NCBI GenBank assembly: GCA_030635145.1
Contig: DAOVZK010000005.1
Span: forward strand, 16,694-80,693
DNA length: 64,000 nucleotides
Origin: Planctomycetota bacterium
GTDB taxonomy: Bacteria > Planctomycetota > Phycisphaerae > SM23-33
Direction of reading: 5' to 3'
A program made the position numbers and the translations under genes. This document shows positions 1 through 9,855 of the stretch, piece after piece (positions within the stretch are counted from its first letter, which is position 1; each line of letters opens with the position of its first letter). The notes under the pieces were generated by a model. That model saw only the letters and a program-made list of their open reading frames with translations. It had not been told where the DNA came from and ran no database searches.

Positions 1-1152
1 TCGGTGTTGGAGGGCATGGTTATTGGTGCCTACGCTATCGGGGCCGACCGCGGTTATATTTACGTGCGGATGGAGTATCCGCTGGCGATTGAAAATCTTC
101 GAATCGCTATTGATCAGGCAACTCAGCGCGGGGTGTTGGGCGAGAACATACTCGGTAGCGATTTTAGCTTTAACGTGAAAATTTCGCGCGGGGCAGGGGC
201 GTTTGTCTGCGGCGAATCGACCGCACTGATGGCTTCTATCGAAGGGCTTACCGGCGAACCGCGTGCCAAGCATATCCACACCAGCGAAAAGGGCCTGTTC
301 GGTAAACCCACGAACCTCAACAACGTCGAAACCTGGGCTAACGTTCCGGTAATTATCGACAAGGGCGTCGAGTGGTACACGAGCATCGGCACGGAAAATT
401 CCAAAGGCACGAAGGTGTTTTCGCTTGTGGGTGCCATCAACAATACCGGGTTAGTCGAAGTGCCGATGGGCATTACGCTGCGGGAGATTATTTACGATAT
501 CGGCGGTGGGATTCCCAAGGGTCGTCCGTTTAAGGCTGTCCAAACCGGCGGGCCTTCCGGTGGATGCCTACCAGAAAACATGCTCGATTTACCGGTGGAT
601 TTCGATCAACTTACCGAGGTCGGGTCGATGATGGGCTCGGGCGGAATGATTGTGATGAACGACCACACATGCATGGTCGAAATCGCGCGGTACTTTACCG
701 ACTTTCTGCGGCGCGAGTCGTGCGGAAAATGCACACCCTGCCGCGAGGGCGTGCTGCGGATGTACGAAATTCTCGACAGCATCACAGCTGGGCGCGGAAA
801 GATGGAAGATATCGATCTGCTGGAGGAGATTTGCGGATACGTGCGGGACAACAGCATCTGTGGGTTAGGCAAGACCGCGGCGAATCCGACGCTCAGCACG
901 CTGCGATTTTTCCGCGATGAATACATCGCACACGTAAAAGACCACAAATGCCCCGCCGGGGTCTGCCAAGCACTGACAACATTCATCATCGACGAAAAAA
1001 CCTGCAAAGCATGCGGTGCCTGCCTCAAAGCATGCCCCGTTGAGGCAATTAGCGGCGGTGCGAAGAAAAAACCCGCGAAAATCGACCAGGACAAATGCAC
1101 CACCTGTGGCGCCTGCCGCGAGGCCTGCCTCTTTGATGCAATTATGACATAG
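1..1152 (+). CDS. NuoF-like NAD(P)H-binding flavoprotein subunit with a C-terminal 2x[4Fe-4S] ferredoxin domain (5' partial; probable electron-input module of a CODH, hydrogenase or formate dehydrogenase)
   Basis: The ORF runs off the window start. It carries NuoF/HoxF-type motifs (Gx[19 protein letters not shown]) and two CxxCxxCxxxCP ferredoxin motifs at the C-terminus. Confidence 0.8.
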   Translation, partial: SVLEGMVIGAYAIGADRGYIYVRMEYPLAIENLRIAIDQATQRGVLGENILGSDFSFNVKISRGAGAFVCGESTALMASIEGLTGEPRAKHIHTSEKGLFGKPTNLNNVETWANVPVIIDKGVEWYTSIGTENSKGTKVFSLVGAINNTGLVEVPMGITLREIIYDIGGGIPKGRPFKAVQTGGPSGGCLPENMLDLPVDFDQLTEVGSMMGSGGMIVMNDHTCMVEIARYFTDFLRRESCGKCTPCREGVLRMYEILDSITAGRGKMEDIDLLEEICGYVRDNSICGLGKTAANPTLSTLRFFRDEYIAHVKDHKCPAGVCQALTTFIIDEKTCKACGACLKACPVEAISGGAKKKPAKIDQDKCTTCGACREACLFDAIMT

Positions 1153-1173
1153 ACGACAGTAACACAAGGAATT

Positions 1174-1407
1174 TTTAGACAGGATAACAAGATGAAAACT
1201 AAATCATGTTAATCCAAAAGAAAAAGAAGGTTCACCACAAAGAACACATAGATCGCAAAGAAAGATGTTTTTGCATGACGTTTTTCTTTTGCGTTCTCTT
1301 GCGGTGAATAATATTCGCTTACTGAAACCTGATTGCTGATAACTGAAAACTTAAAATAAATAACTATCCTGTGATCCTGTCAAAAAGATTCTTTTGATTA
1401 ACAGGAA
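1174..1407. repeat. Cluster of 'ATCCTGT'/'ACAGGAT' motifs (MITE-like element or operator array), copy 1
   Basis: Left end 'tttagacaggat' (1174-1186), right end 'ctatcctgtgatcctgtcaaaa' (1364-1385) and 'tgattaacagga' (1396-1407). The same motifs and an internal 'gatg(g)tgtttgca...ttttctttt' stretch recur at 26213-26377. Confidence 0.4.
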
Positions 1408-1426
1408 AAGGCCGTGAACAATCGAA

Positions 1427-2209
1427 ATGGACATGATAAAAACGACAATTGACGGGCGAGAAATAGAAGTTCAGCGAGACCGCTGGGCGCTGGAAGTCGC
1501 ACGCGAAATGGGTATAGAAATTCCAACGCTCTGCCATCACTCCGCCCTGGAACCCTACGGAGCCTGCCGCCTCTGCGTAGTTGAGGTTACCAAGGGTAAG
1601 TGGACGTGGTTAACGACGTCATGCGACTTGCCGATCCGCGAAGGGCTTACGATTCGCACCGACACACCCGCGGTAATCGCTGCCCGCAAGACGGCGTTGG
1701 AATTGATGCTAGCTCAGGCACCGGACGCCGAGGAAGTTCGCCAACTCGCCGAGCAGCTTGGCACGAAGTCCCCGCGATTCCCCGACCGCAATGAAAGCAA
1801 CGCGTGCATTTTGTGCGGATTGTGCGTGCGGGTGTGCAAGGTAGTGACGGGGAAGATGGCGATTTGCTTTTCCAATCGCGGTACAGACCGCAAAGTCGGT
1901 CCGCCGTTTGATCGCAGCTCCGACGAATGCATCGGGTGCAACGCTTGCGTGGACATCTGCCCGACGGGTTGCATCGAGTCGCGGGACGAAGCAGGGATTC
2001 GAAAAATTCCCATGCTTAAAACCGAGCTGAAATTGGCTGACTGCGAGGTCTGCGGAAAACCCTTCGCGCCGATCAGACAGCTGGAACATATGCAGGCTAA
2101 GCTCCGTGAAAAATTCGGAGACGATTTTGAGGCAGGGTGTATTTGCCCTGTGTGTAGACGAGAGCAAACGGCGGCGAGATTGCATAACGTCGCAGAAAAA
2201 ATTGGATGA
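1427..2209 (+). CDS. Fe-S protein with an N-terminal 2Fe-2S ferredoxin domain (NuoG/HndD N-terminal-like), two 4Fe-4S motifs and a C-terminal Cys-rich ribbon
   Basis: CHHSALEPYGACRLC 2Fe-2S motif; CILCGLCVRVC and CIGCNACVDICP 4Fe-4S motifs; CEVCGK...CICPVCRRE at the C-terminus. It lies between the NuoF-like gene and acsB. Confidence 0.7.
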   Translation: MDMIKTTIDGREIEVQRDRWALEVAREMGIEIPTLCHHSALEPYGACRLCVVEVTKGKWTWLTTSCDLPIREGLTIRTDTPAVIAARKTALELMLAQAPDAEEVRQLAEQLGTKSPRFPDRNESNACILCGLCVRVCKVVTGKMAICFSNRGTDRKVGPPFDRSSDECIGCNACVDICPTGCIESRDEAGIRKIPMLKTELKLADCEVCGKPFAPIRQLEHMQAKLREKFGDDFEAGCICPVCRREQTAARLHNVAEKIG

Positions 2210-2272
2210 ATTGATCTGACCGCTAAAAAGTGGTGAGATGTTGAAACAGTCTTTAGAATGGGAGACGCTGTT

Positions 2273-4453
2273 ATGTCACACGAGGTAATCTCGAGCGTTA
2301 TTCGCGGAGCAAACGTTTTCGTCGACGAGGCGGAGCAAAAATTGGCCGAGGCCATCAAAAGTAAGGGTGAGGATCATCCGGTGAGTTTTCCGGAGACGGC
2401 CTTTCAGTTACCGATGGTTCATGCATTGATGGGTCTTGAGGTTACGAAGGTCGGGCAGCTGAAAGATGTCGTCGCCCATGCCCGCGAGCTTGCTCCATCA
2501 CCACCGGCGGCAAAGTTATGGCTGCCGTACCTTGGCGACGGACTCGACGCCGGTATTGCGACGTTGCTGGCGCAGGAAGTTACGTGCGCACTGCGATATG
2601 TTAACGAAGAACCCATCGAGGAAGGGTTTACGGGATTTATTTCCGACACGATTCTTCGCGAGTTGGGCATTCAGTTAGTTGACGGGCGATTACCGGGCTT
2701 CGCCGCAATTCTCGGCCCTGCACCTACGGAAGAAATCGCCCTCAACACCATTCGCGAATTCCAGAAAAACAGCATCCTGACATTCATCCTCGCCAATCGC
2801 GACGGTGTGAGCATGCGCGACCAACTCGTCAAGCAGGGTGTCGAGCTGGGCTGGGACACTTATGTGGTACCGGTCGGCCGCGATACGCATTCGGCGATTT
2901 ATATTCTCGACTGGGCGATCCGCGGGGCACTTACGTTTGGCGGGCACAAAAAGGGCGACTGGGAATCCTGCCTGCGTTATTGCCGCGAGCGAATCTTCGC
3001 GTTCGGGCTGACGTTCGGCCCCATCCCCGACGACTGGTACGCCGTCGGCGCTGCCGCCATCGCCATGGGCTTCCCCGTAATTTCCGACCACGAATCTACC
3101 CCCGAAGTTCGCGCCACCGGCGTGACGACGTACGAAGCTCTCGTCCGCCAAACCGACCCCGAAAAACTCGTTGCCACCTGTATCGAGGTGCGCGGTGTGC
3201 AGGTCAAAATCGAAAACGTCGACATTCCGGTTTCGTACTCACCAGCCTTCGAGGGCGAACGCGTCCGCAAAGAAGACATGCAGGTGCAGTTCGGTGGGAA
3301 ATATTCCGGCGGCGTCGAGTTGCTCGAAACCGTTCCTGCAGACGATATCAACGACGGTGAAATTATCGTTAGCGGAAAAGATTTCGACGAAACCGAGGTC
3401 GGCGGCGTGCTCGATCTGGGAATTCTCGTGAAAGTCGCCGGGCGAAAAATGAAACAGGACTTCGAGGGAATTTTCGAGCGGCAGATGCACAGGTATCTCA
3501 ACGAAGCGATGGGGTTCATGCACACCGGCCAGCGGAATATGATCTGGTGCCGCGTCAGCAAAGCCGCCGTCGCCGCCGGGCTTCGATTAAAACACATTGG
3601 CACGATCGTCCACGCCAAAATTCACGACGAGTACGGCGGACTTGCCGAGAAAATTTCCGTTACCGTTACGACCGATCCCGACGAGGTCAAAAAGCTCGTC
3701 GAAAAAGCCCAGCCCGTCTACAGTGCCCGCGACGACCGCGTTGCTGGGATGACCGACGAATCAGTCGATACGTTTTATTCATGCACGCTCTGCCAGTCGT
3801 TTGCCCCGAACCATGTTTGCATGATCACCCCCGAACGCCTGGGTTTGTGCGGTGCGTATAACTGGCTGGACGGGCAGGCGGCGTACGAAATCAACCCCAC
3901 CGGATTCAATCAGCCGGTAACGAAGGGCAACTGCCTAAACGAGCGCACCGGCGAATGGGAAAACGTAAACAAATTTGTTTACGAGCATTCCAATCGCAGC
4001 ATCGAGCATTTCAGTGCGTATTCGCTGATGGAAAACCCGATGACGTCGTGCGGTTGCTTCGAGTGCATTTTGGCAATCGTGCCGGAGGCTAACGGCGTGA
4101 TGATCGTCAACCGCGAGTATCCCGGTGATACGCCGATTGGTATGCCGTTTTCCACATTGGCCGGTAGCGTTGGCGGCGGTGCGCAGACCCCGGGATTCCT
4201 TGGCGTCGGGCGATTGTATCTCACGAGCAAAAAATTCATCAGTGCCGAGGGCGGACTGAGTCGGCTGGTGTGGATGCCGAAGGAACTGAAGGAAAGTATG
4301 CGTGAGCGGTTGTCGCAGCGTGCAGATGAACTCGGGCTTGACGGGCTTGTCGACAAAATTGCCGACGACAGCACCGCGACGAGCTCCGAGGAGTTGCTGG
4401 AATATCTCGCAAAAGTCGAGCATCCGGCACTGGCGATGGAAGCAATGTTCTAA
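2273..4453 (+). CDS. acsB: CO-methylating acetyl-CoA synthase (ACS, A-cluster subunit) AcsB
   Basis: The 727-aa product is collinear with Moorella AcsB: HPVSFPETAFQLP, FEG..RKEDM, TFYSCTLCQSFAPNHVC, and the A-cluster motif SCGCFEC. The start at 2273 is chosen because a GGGAGA RBS sits 9 nt upstream; an alternative ATG lies at 2258. Confidence 0.9.
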   Translation: MSHEVISSVIRGANVFVDEAEQKLAEAIKSKGEDHPVSFPETAFQLPMVHALMGLEVTKVGQLKDVVAHARELAPSPPAAKLWLPYLGDGLDAGIATLLAQEVTCALRYVNEEPIEEGFTGFISDTILRELGIQLVDGRLPGFAAILGPAPTEEIALNTIREFQKNSILTFILANRDGVSMRDQLVKQGVELGWDTYVVPVGRDTHSAIYILDWAIRGALTFGGHKKGDWESCLRYCRERIFAFGLTFGPIPDDWYAVGAAAIAMGFPVISDHESTPEVRATGVTTYEALVRQTDPEKLVATCIEVRGVQVKIENVDIPVSYSPAFEGERVRKEDMQVQFGGKYSGGVELLETVPADDINDGEIIVSGKDFDETEVGGVLDLGILVKVAGRKMKQDFEGIFERQMHRYLNEAMGFMHTGQRNMIWCRVSKAAVAAGLRLKHIGTIVHAKIHDEYGGLAEKISVTVTTDPDEVKKLVEKAQPVYSARDDRVAGMTDESVDTFYSCTLCQSFAPNHVCMITPERLGLCGAYNWLDGQAAYEINPTGFNQPVTKGNCLNERTGEWENVNKFVYEHSNRSIEHFSAYSLMENPMTSCGCFECILAIVPEANGVMIVNREYPGDTPIGMPFSTLAGSVGGGAQTPGFLGVGRLYLTSKKFISAEGGLSRLVWMPKELKESMRERLSQRADELGLDGLVDKIADDSTATSSEELLEYLAKVEHPALAMEAMF

Positions 4454-4459
4454 TTAAGA

Positions 4460-4540
4460 AGGGACTAGGGAATAGGGACTGGGCACTAGAGCCTAATTCC
4501 TAACCTCTGATCCCTAGTCCCTAATTACAGGAGTTTTTTT
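4460..4540 (+). terminator. acsB-acsC intergenic 12-bp perfect inverted repeat (agggactaggga ... tccctagtccct) followed by a T7 run; candidate partial terminator or processing hairpin
   Basis: The arms lie at 4460-4471 and 4511-4522; the ttttttt run is at 4534-4540. Confidence 0.4.
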
Positions 4541-4617
4541 AAAAAACTATCAAGCGAGTTAGACGTTTAGCTTTTTAAGAATCATAAATCTTTAAATTTT
4601 AATATAGGAGTAAGGAG

Positions 4618-5961
4618 ATGGCACTGACAGGACTGGATATTTTCAAATCTCTTCCGAAGACGAATTGCAAGGAATGCGGCGTGCCGACATGTTTGGCGTT
4701 TGCGATGAAAGTCGCCAGCGGTCAGGCTGGGCTGGACGATTGTCCGAAGCTGACCGACGACGCCCGCTCGTCGCTAACCGAAGCCTCCGCACCCGCCCAG
4801 CGATTGGTGAAAATCGGCAGCGCCCCGCACTTAATCGAGATCGGGCAGGAAACGGTTCTGTACCGCCACGAAGAACGCTTCCATCATCCCACAGCTGTTG
4901 CGCTTACCATCAACGACACCATGAGCGAAGCGGATCTGACGCAGGCGTGCGAAAAATTCAAGGCGCTTTCGTTCCATCGCGTCGGAGAAACGCTTACCTC
5001 CGACATGGTCGCCCTGGTCAACGACTCCGGTTCGCCCGACAACATGCAAGCCGCCGCCGAAACCATCTACAACGCACTCGGAGTTCCGATGGTTCTGATG
5101 AGCGACTCGCCGAATACGCTCTCAACCGTCGCTATGGGGCCACTGTCTGGTGGTGCCGTGGTGCTGTACTGCACCGGCCCCGCCGAGGTCGTCGATCTTG
5201 TCGCCATGGTCAAAGACACCGACGCAAAACTTTGTGTTGACGGTACAATCGAATCCGTCGCCGGGCAGGTCGAGAAGCTAAACGAACTTGGGGTTAAGGA
5301 TATCCTTATTTCACCGGGTAAGGTGTCGGCGGGCGAGACGTTGGAGTTTCTGACCAAGTCGCGGCGAGGTACGCTTTTGAAAAAATTCCGCCAACTCGGT
5401 TGCCCCGTGCTGACGCTCGCGGTCGGAGACGATTCCGTGGCAGCTGCCCTCGATGCCTGTGCGTTTGTGTGCAAGTATTCCGGTATTGTGGTGTCCAACG
5501 CGTGGGAGGGGCACTTGCTGGCGCCGATTCTCACGACGCGACAGAACATTTACACCGACCCGCAGAAACCCGTGCAGGTTGAACCCAAAGTTTATGACGT
5601 CGGTGACGTGTCGGCTGACAGTCCGCTGCTGGTGACCACGAATTTCTCGCTGAGCTATTACTCCGTCGAGTCGGAAGTCGAAAGTGCCCGCGTACCGTGC
5701 CGCATAATCGCGGTCGATACTGAAGGCACGAGTGTTCTTACCGGCTGGGCGTCGGATAAGTTCAATCCCGAAACGATCACACAGGCGATGAAAACCGCGG
5801 GGGTCGATCAGTTGGTATCTCATCACAAGGTCGTTATTCCGGGTCACGTTGCGGTAATCGCGGCGCAGCTGGGGGAGGAATCGGGATGGAATGTTCTGGT
5901 CGGCCCGAAAGACGCGGGGGGCATAGGAGCGTATTTGAAAAACGACTGGAAGAATGTTTGA
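4618..5961 (+). CDS. acsC: Corrinoid iron-sulfur protein large subunit (CFeSP gamma) AcsC
   Basis: N-terminal CKECGVPTCLAFAMKVASG [4Fe-4S] motif, with a TIM-barrel remainder collinear with Moorella AcsC. An AGGAGTAAGGAG RBS precedes the start. Confidence 0.9.
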   Translation: MALTGLDIFKSLPKTNCKECGVPTCLAFAMKVASGQAGLDDCPKLTDDARSSLTEASAPAQRLVKIGSAPHLIEIGQETVLYRHEERFHHPTAVALTINDTMSEADLTQACEKFKALSFHRVGETLTSDMVALVNDSGSPDNMQAAAETIYNALGVPMVLMSDSPNTLSTVAMGPLSGGAVVLYCTGPAEVVDLVAMVKDTDAKLCVDGTIESVAGQVEKLNELGVKDILISPGKVSAGETLEFLTKSRRGTLLKKFRQLGCPVLTLAVGDDSVAAALDACAFVCKYSGIVVSNAWEGHLLAPILTTRQNIYTDPQKPVQVEPKVYDVGDVSADSPLLVTTNFSLSYYSVESEVESARVPCRIIAVDTEGTSVLTGWASDKFNPETITQAMKTAGVDQLVSHHKVVIPGHVAVIAAQLGEESGWNVLVGPKDAGGIGAYLKNDWKNV

Positions 5962-5994
5962 AATCAGGCAATAGGCAGTAGGGACCATGTATTA

Positions 5995-6063
5995 GTAGGG
6001 TCGGCCATTGCCGACCAATCCATTGACGGTATGCCTGAAAAGGTCGGCAGTGGCCGACCCTAC
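5995..6063. repeat. Twin hairpins (GGTCGGC-n4-GCCGACC, twice) nested inside a 12-bp perfect inverted repeat in the acsC-acsV spacer
   Basis: Hairpins at 5999-6016 and 6042-6059; the outer arms gtagggtcggcc and ggccgaccctac are exact reverse complements. Confidence 0.5.
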
Positions 6064-6080
6064 AAAACTTGGAAATTTTG

Positions 6081-8042
6081 ATGAGTAAAAAGTGCAAAGT
6101 ACATTTTGTTCCCGACGACATAACCGTCGAAGTGCCGGTGGGGTCTACATTGCTGGCTGCTGCCAACGCAGCTGGGGTTTACGTCAACAGTCTTTGCGGT
6201 GGGGACGGTGTCTGCGGGCGATGCCGCGTGATACTTCGCAGCGGAAAAACCACCGGTGAGTCGACGGAGTATTTCACCCACGACGAAATCCGCGCCGGAT
6301 ATATCCTTGCCTGCGAAGCCCGCGCAGAGTCGGACGTCGAAGTTGAAATCCCGCCCGAAACCCGCCAAACCCAAACTGCACCCGAGCACGAAAAACTCAA
6401 AAGCGAAGTTCCGCAACTAAAAGACCTTTCCCGGGGTGCGCAGCGGCAGATCAAACTCGCCCCGCTGATGCAGAAACACTACGTGGAGCTCCCGAAACCC
6501 ACGCTCGAAAATAACGTTTCCGATTTGCAGCGGTTAGAGCAGGAACTCCATAAAGTAGTCCCCGCCGAGGGTTTCCAGATGGGTCTGAAAGTTACGCGGC
6601 GATTACCGAAGATTCTTCGCGACGCTGATTGGAAACTCACCGCAATTACCGGGCATCGCGGGCCGTTGACGGAAATCGTTTCTGTCGAATCCGGCGACAC
6701 CCGCCGCCGCAACATGTGCATAGCAGTCGACATCGGAACGACCACCGTTGTCTGCCATCTCGTCGATCTTCGCGACGGGCAAACGCTCGGGCAGGAGGCG
6801 AAGTACAACTCGCAAGCCAACTACGGTGCCGACGTCATCCGGCGAATCATCCACGCCTCAACGCCCGACGGAGAAAAAGCCCTCCGCGAGGCGATTGTCG
6901 GTGACATTAACGAGCTGATTCACGGGCTTACGCGGCGGTATCATCTCACACAAAACGACATTTCGTTCATCTCGGCAGCGGGTAACACCACGATGCTGCA
7001 TCTGCTGCTGGGGTTACCGTCGGAGAACATTCGCAAGGAACCGTACGTCGGCGTGGCGTATCGGTTACCGGCGTTTCGGGCGGCTGAAATGGGGTTGCAC
7101 ATTAATCCGCGTGGGCTTTTGTATTGCCTCCCATGCGTTGCCGGTTTTGTCGGGGCCGACACCGTAAGCGGAATTTACGCTAGCGGAATGTGCACCAGCG
7201 ACGACGTGCGAATGCTCATCGACATCGGCACTAACGGAGAGATCGTCGTGGGCAACAAAGAATTTCTGGTTTGCGCCAGTGCGTCGGCGGGTCCGGCGTT
7301 TGAAGGTGCCGAGTGCAAATGCGGCATGCGAGCCACCGCCGGTGCCATAGACCATATCCGCCTGCACGACGCCGACCACGTGATGAGCTACTCGACCATT
7401 GGCTCGTCGCCGCCGTTGGGATTTTCCGGTACCGGATACGTAAACATGATCGCCGAAATGCTCCGCGCCGGTGTCATCGACAAAACCGGACGCATGAATC
7501 CCGACGCCTCGAAAACGCAGCTGCGAGAGAGCGAATTCGGCGAGCTGGAATATCTGGTGATACCGGCCGCCCAGACCGGCAACGGAAAAGATATTACCGT
7601 TTCGCAGGGTGACGTAAAAAACATTCTCCGCGCCAAGGCTGCCATTTACGCAGCTGCCACCGTTCTGCTACGTTCGCTTGATATGAGCTTCAGCGACCTG
7701 ACCGAAATCCTCGTGGCCGGTGCGTTTGGAAATTTCCTCAACGTCGACAACGCCGTCTGCATCGGCCTGCTGCCGGATATTTCGCCCGAGCGTCTGCGAT
7801 TTGTAGGTAACAGTTCGTTGGCGGGTGCGAAGTTGGCGGCGCTGTGTTGCGACTGCTACGACGAAATCTTCAATATCGCCGACCGCACCACCTACTTTGA
7901 ACTCAGCACGCAACCGGATTTCATGGACGAGTTCGTGTCGGCGAGTTTTTTTCCGCACACGAACACGGAATTATTCCCATCCGTAAATCTTTTTCCGAAA
8001 ATGCCGAAGATACCGAAAACACAATCCTCGCGAAAGGAATAG
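6081..8042 (+). CDS. Reductive activator of the corrinoid protein (RACo/AcsV-type; N-terminal 2Fe-2S ferredoxin plus ASKHA ATPase)
   Basis: N-terminal CGGDGVCGRCRV plant-type ferredoxin motif, then an approximately 600-aa body typical of the acs-cluster orf7/RACo proteins. The position between acsC and cooC is conserved in acs operons. Confidence 0.8.
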   Translation: MSKKCKVHFVPDDITVEVPVGSTLLAAANAAGVYVNSLCGGDGVCGRCRVILRSGKTTGESTEYFTHDEIRAGYILACEARAESDVEVEIPPETRQTQTAPEHEKLKSEVPQLKDLSRGAQRQIKLAPLMQKHYVELPKPTLENNVSDLQRLEQELHKVVPAEGFQMGLKVTRRLPKILRDADWKLTAITGHRGPLTEIVSVESGDTRRRNMCIAVDIGTTTVVCHLVDLRDGQTLGQEAKYNSQANYGADVIRRIIHASTPDGEKALREAIVGDINELIHGLTRRYHLTQNDISFISAAGNTTMLHLLLGLPSENIRKEPYVGVAYRLPAFRAAEMGLHINPRGLLYCLPCVAGFVGADTVSGIYASGMCTSDDVRMLIDIGTNGEIVVGNKEFLVCASASAGPAFEGAECKCGMRATAGAIDHIRLHDADHVMSYSTIGSSPPLGFSGTGYVNMIAEMLRAGVIDKTGRMNPDASKTQLRESEFGELEYLVIPAAQTGNGKDITVSQGDVKNILRAKAAIYAAATVLLRSLDMSFSDLTEILVAGAFGNFLNVDNAVCIGLLPDISPERLRFVGNSSLAGAKLAALCCDCYDEIFNIADRTTYFELSTQPDFMDEFVSASFFPHTNTELFPSVNLFPKMPKIPKTQSSRKE

Positions 8043-8045
8043 TTG

Positions 8046-8807
8046 ATGCCAGGAAAAATGATAGCGATGACTGGAAAGGGCGGGTCGGGTAAAACCACAC
8101 TCGCCAGTATGCTCATTCGCCAGCTGGTTCGCACAAAGCGAACCCCGGTGCTTGCTATCGATGCCGACCCCAACGCCACGCTCGGGCTGACGCTTGGTGT
8201 GGATGTCCCGTCGACGATTGGGGATCTTCGCGACCGCATGGGCGAGGCTGCTTTGGACGTAACAGAGATTCCCAAAGAGCGGTTAATGGATCAGTGGTTG
8301 AGCGACATACTTACCGAGGAAGTCGGGTTCGATTTACTTACGATGGGGCATCCCGAAGGGCCGAAGTGTTACTGCTACGTGAATAATCTGCTGCGACGCT
8401 ATCTGCAGATGCTTCGCGGGAATTATCCGTATGTGGTCGTCGACTGCGAGGCTGGGATGGAGCATCTTTCGCGACTGACGATTGACGATGTCGATACGCT
8501 TTTGATCGTCGCCGAGCCTACAGGGGTGGGAATGGCGACGGCGGCGCGGATTTCGAAGATCGTCGACACCCTGCCGCTCAAAGTTAACAACCGCATACTC
8601 GCGATCAACAAATCCGCTACCGATGAGCTACCCGACACCAGCAACATTGCCGCCGACAGCGTCATACGAATTCCGTTTGATAGCGACCTCGCCCAGCGAT
8701 CCGCCCGCGGTGAACCCGTCGACGACATCGCCGGTTGCGAAATGCGAGAAACCATAACCGAACTGCTGGATTTGTGCCTGAGGGCACCTCAAAACGCAAA
8801 CTCATAA
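8046..8807 (+). CDS. acsF: CooC/AcsF-type Ni-insertion ATPase (CODH/ACS maturation)
   Basis: MinD/ParA-type P-loop MTGKGGSGKTT and a CYCYVNN (CxC) metal motif. The start overlaps the RACo stop; an alternative start lies at 8058. Confidence 0.85.
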   Translation: MPGKMIAMTGKGGSGKTTLASMLIRQLVRTKRTPVLAIDADPNATLGLTLGVDVPSTIGDLRDRMGEAALDVTEIPKERLMDQWLSDILTEEVGFDLLTMGHPEGPKCYCYVNNLLRRYLQMLRGNYPYVVVDCEAGMEHLSRLTIDDVDTLLIVAEPTGVGMATAARISKIVDTLPLKVNNRILAINKSATDELPDTSNIAADSVIRIPFDSDLAQRSARGEPVDDIAGCEMRETITELLDLCLRAPQNANS

Positions 8808-8827
8808 CGAGCGAAGGAGATAACGAT

Positions 8828-9817
8828 ATGACAACTACTACAGATGTATCAATAGCGATCCCGGACGTTGCCGAAAAATGGGGCGGGGGGATTAACGAAG
8901 TTACGATTGGCGCGACGGCCGACAGCGGCGGGTCGCGTGGTAGCACCGTTACGATTGGCGGGAGCAAGGCCGTGCCGTTTATGAGCTTCGAAGGTTCGCT
9001 CGGTTGCAAACCTGCTATCGCCGTTGAGGTCTGGGACATTGCTCCCGACGCCTTGCCCCCCCAGCTGTCGGAAGCCTATGGAGATTCGCTGAACTCACCC
9101 GGGGCGTGGGCGAAAAAGGCTGTCGAGTTTGGGGCTGAGCTTATCTGCCTGCGACTGATGGGTGCACATCCCGACGTCGCCGACAAATCGCCCGACGACT
9201 GCGCCGCCGCCGTGAAAGAAGTCTTACAAGCCGTCGACGTGCCGCTGATTATCTGGGGGTGCGATGTCGACGAGAAGGATAACCAGATTCTTCCCGCGGT
9301 TTCGTCGGCTGCCAATGGCGAGAACTGCCTCATCGGTACCGCCAAGGAAAAAAATTACCGCACGCTGGTGGCGGTCTGCCTTGCCGACGGTCACAAATTA
9401 CTAGCCGAAAGCCCGCTGGACATCAACATCGCAAAACAGGTCAACATCCTCTGCAGCGACGCCGGGTACCCGCTGGAAAATATCGTGGTTTTTCCCACGA
9501 CCGGTGCGTTGGGATACGGAATCGAATACGTTTACAGCATTCAGGAACGCGGACGGTTGGCGGGGCTGAGCGGCGATAAGCAGCTGTCTCAACCCGTGCT
9601 GTGCAATGTGGGGTACGAGGCGTGGCGGGTGAAGGAGGCAAAGGATCCGCCGTTTGATTGCGTGACCGACGAAAATCGCGATCAGTGGGGCGTGATGTGG
9701 GAGGCATCGACTGGAGTGGTGCTGCTGCAGTCGGGTGTGGAACTGCTGGTGATGCGGCACCCCAAGGCGATCGAATACATCAACGAGGCTATCAAAAGAT
9801 TTTTGCCCGATAAATAG
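8828..9817 (+). CDS. acsD: Corrinoid iron-sulfur protein small subunit (CFeSP delta) AcsD
   Basis: Collinear with Moorella AcsD (GATKD/GATAD, FEG, GENCLIGTAKEKNY, PLDINI...QLNIL). A GAAGGAGA RBS precedes the ATG at 8828. The track ORF begins at 8735, inside the acsF/cooC coding region (8046-8807); that in-frame extension is rejected. Confidence 0.85.
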   Translation: MTTTTDVSIAIPDVAEKWGGGINEVTIGATADSGGSRGSTVTIGGSKAVPFMSFEGSLGCKPAIAVEVWDIAPDALPPQLSEAYGDSLNSPGAWAKKAVEFGAELICLRLMGAHPDVADKSPDDCAAAVKEVLQAVDVPLIIWGCDVDEKDNQILPAVSSAANGENCLIGTAKEKNYRTLVAVCLADGHKLLAESPLDINIAKQVNILCSDAGYPLENIVVFPTTGALGYGIEYVYSIQERGRLAGLSGDKQLSQPVLCNVGYEAWRVKEAKDPPFDCVTDENRDQWGVMWEASTGVVLLQSGVELLVMRHPKAIEYINEAIKRFLPDK

Positions 9818-9855
9818 AGTTAATTTCGCGGCATCAGAGGAAAGGATTTTGAAAA

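Noticed and set aside
2690-3618. Long minus-strand and Arg-rich plus-strand ORFs inside acsB (2690..3151, 2977..3618, 2980..3360)
   Set aside because: They are fully embedded in a gene with unambiguous AcsB homology. The Arg/Pro/Ala-rich, low-complexity translations are typical of antisense or off-frame artefacts in high-GC DNA.
5311-5988. 225-aa minus-strand ORF overlapping acsC
   Set aside because: It is antisense to a confidently assigned gene and has an Arg-rich, low-complexity product.
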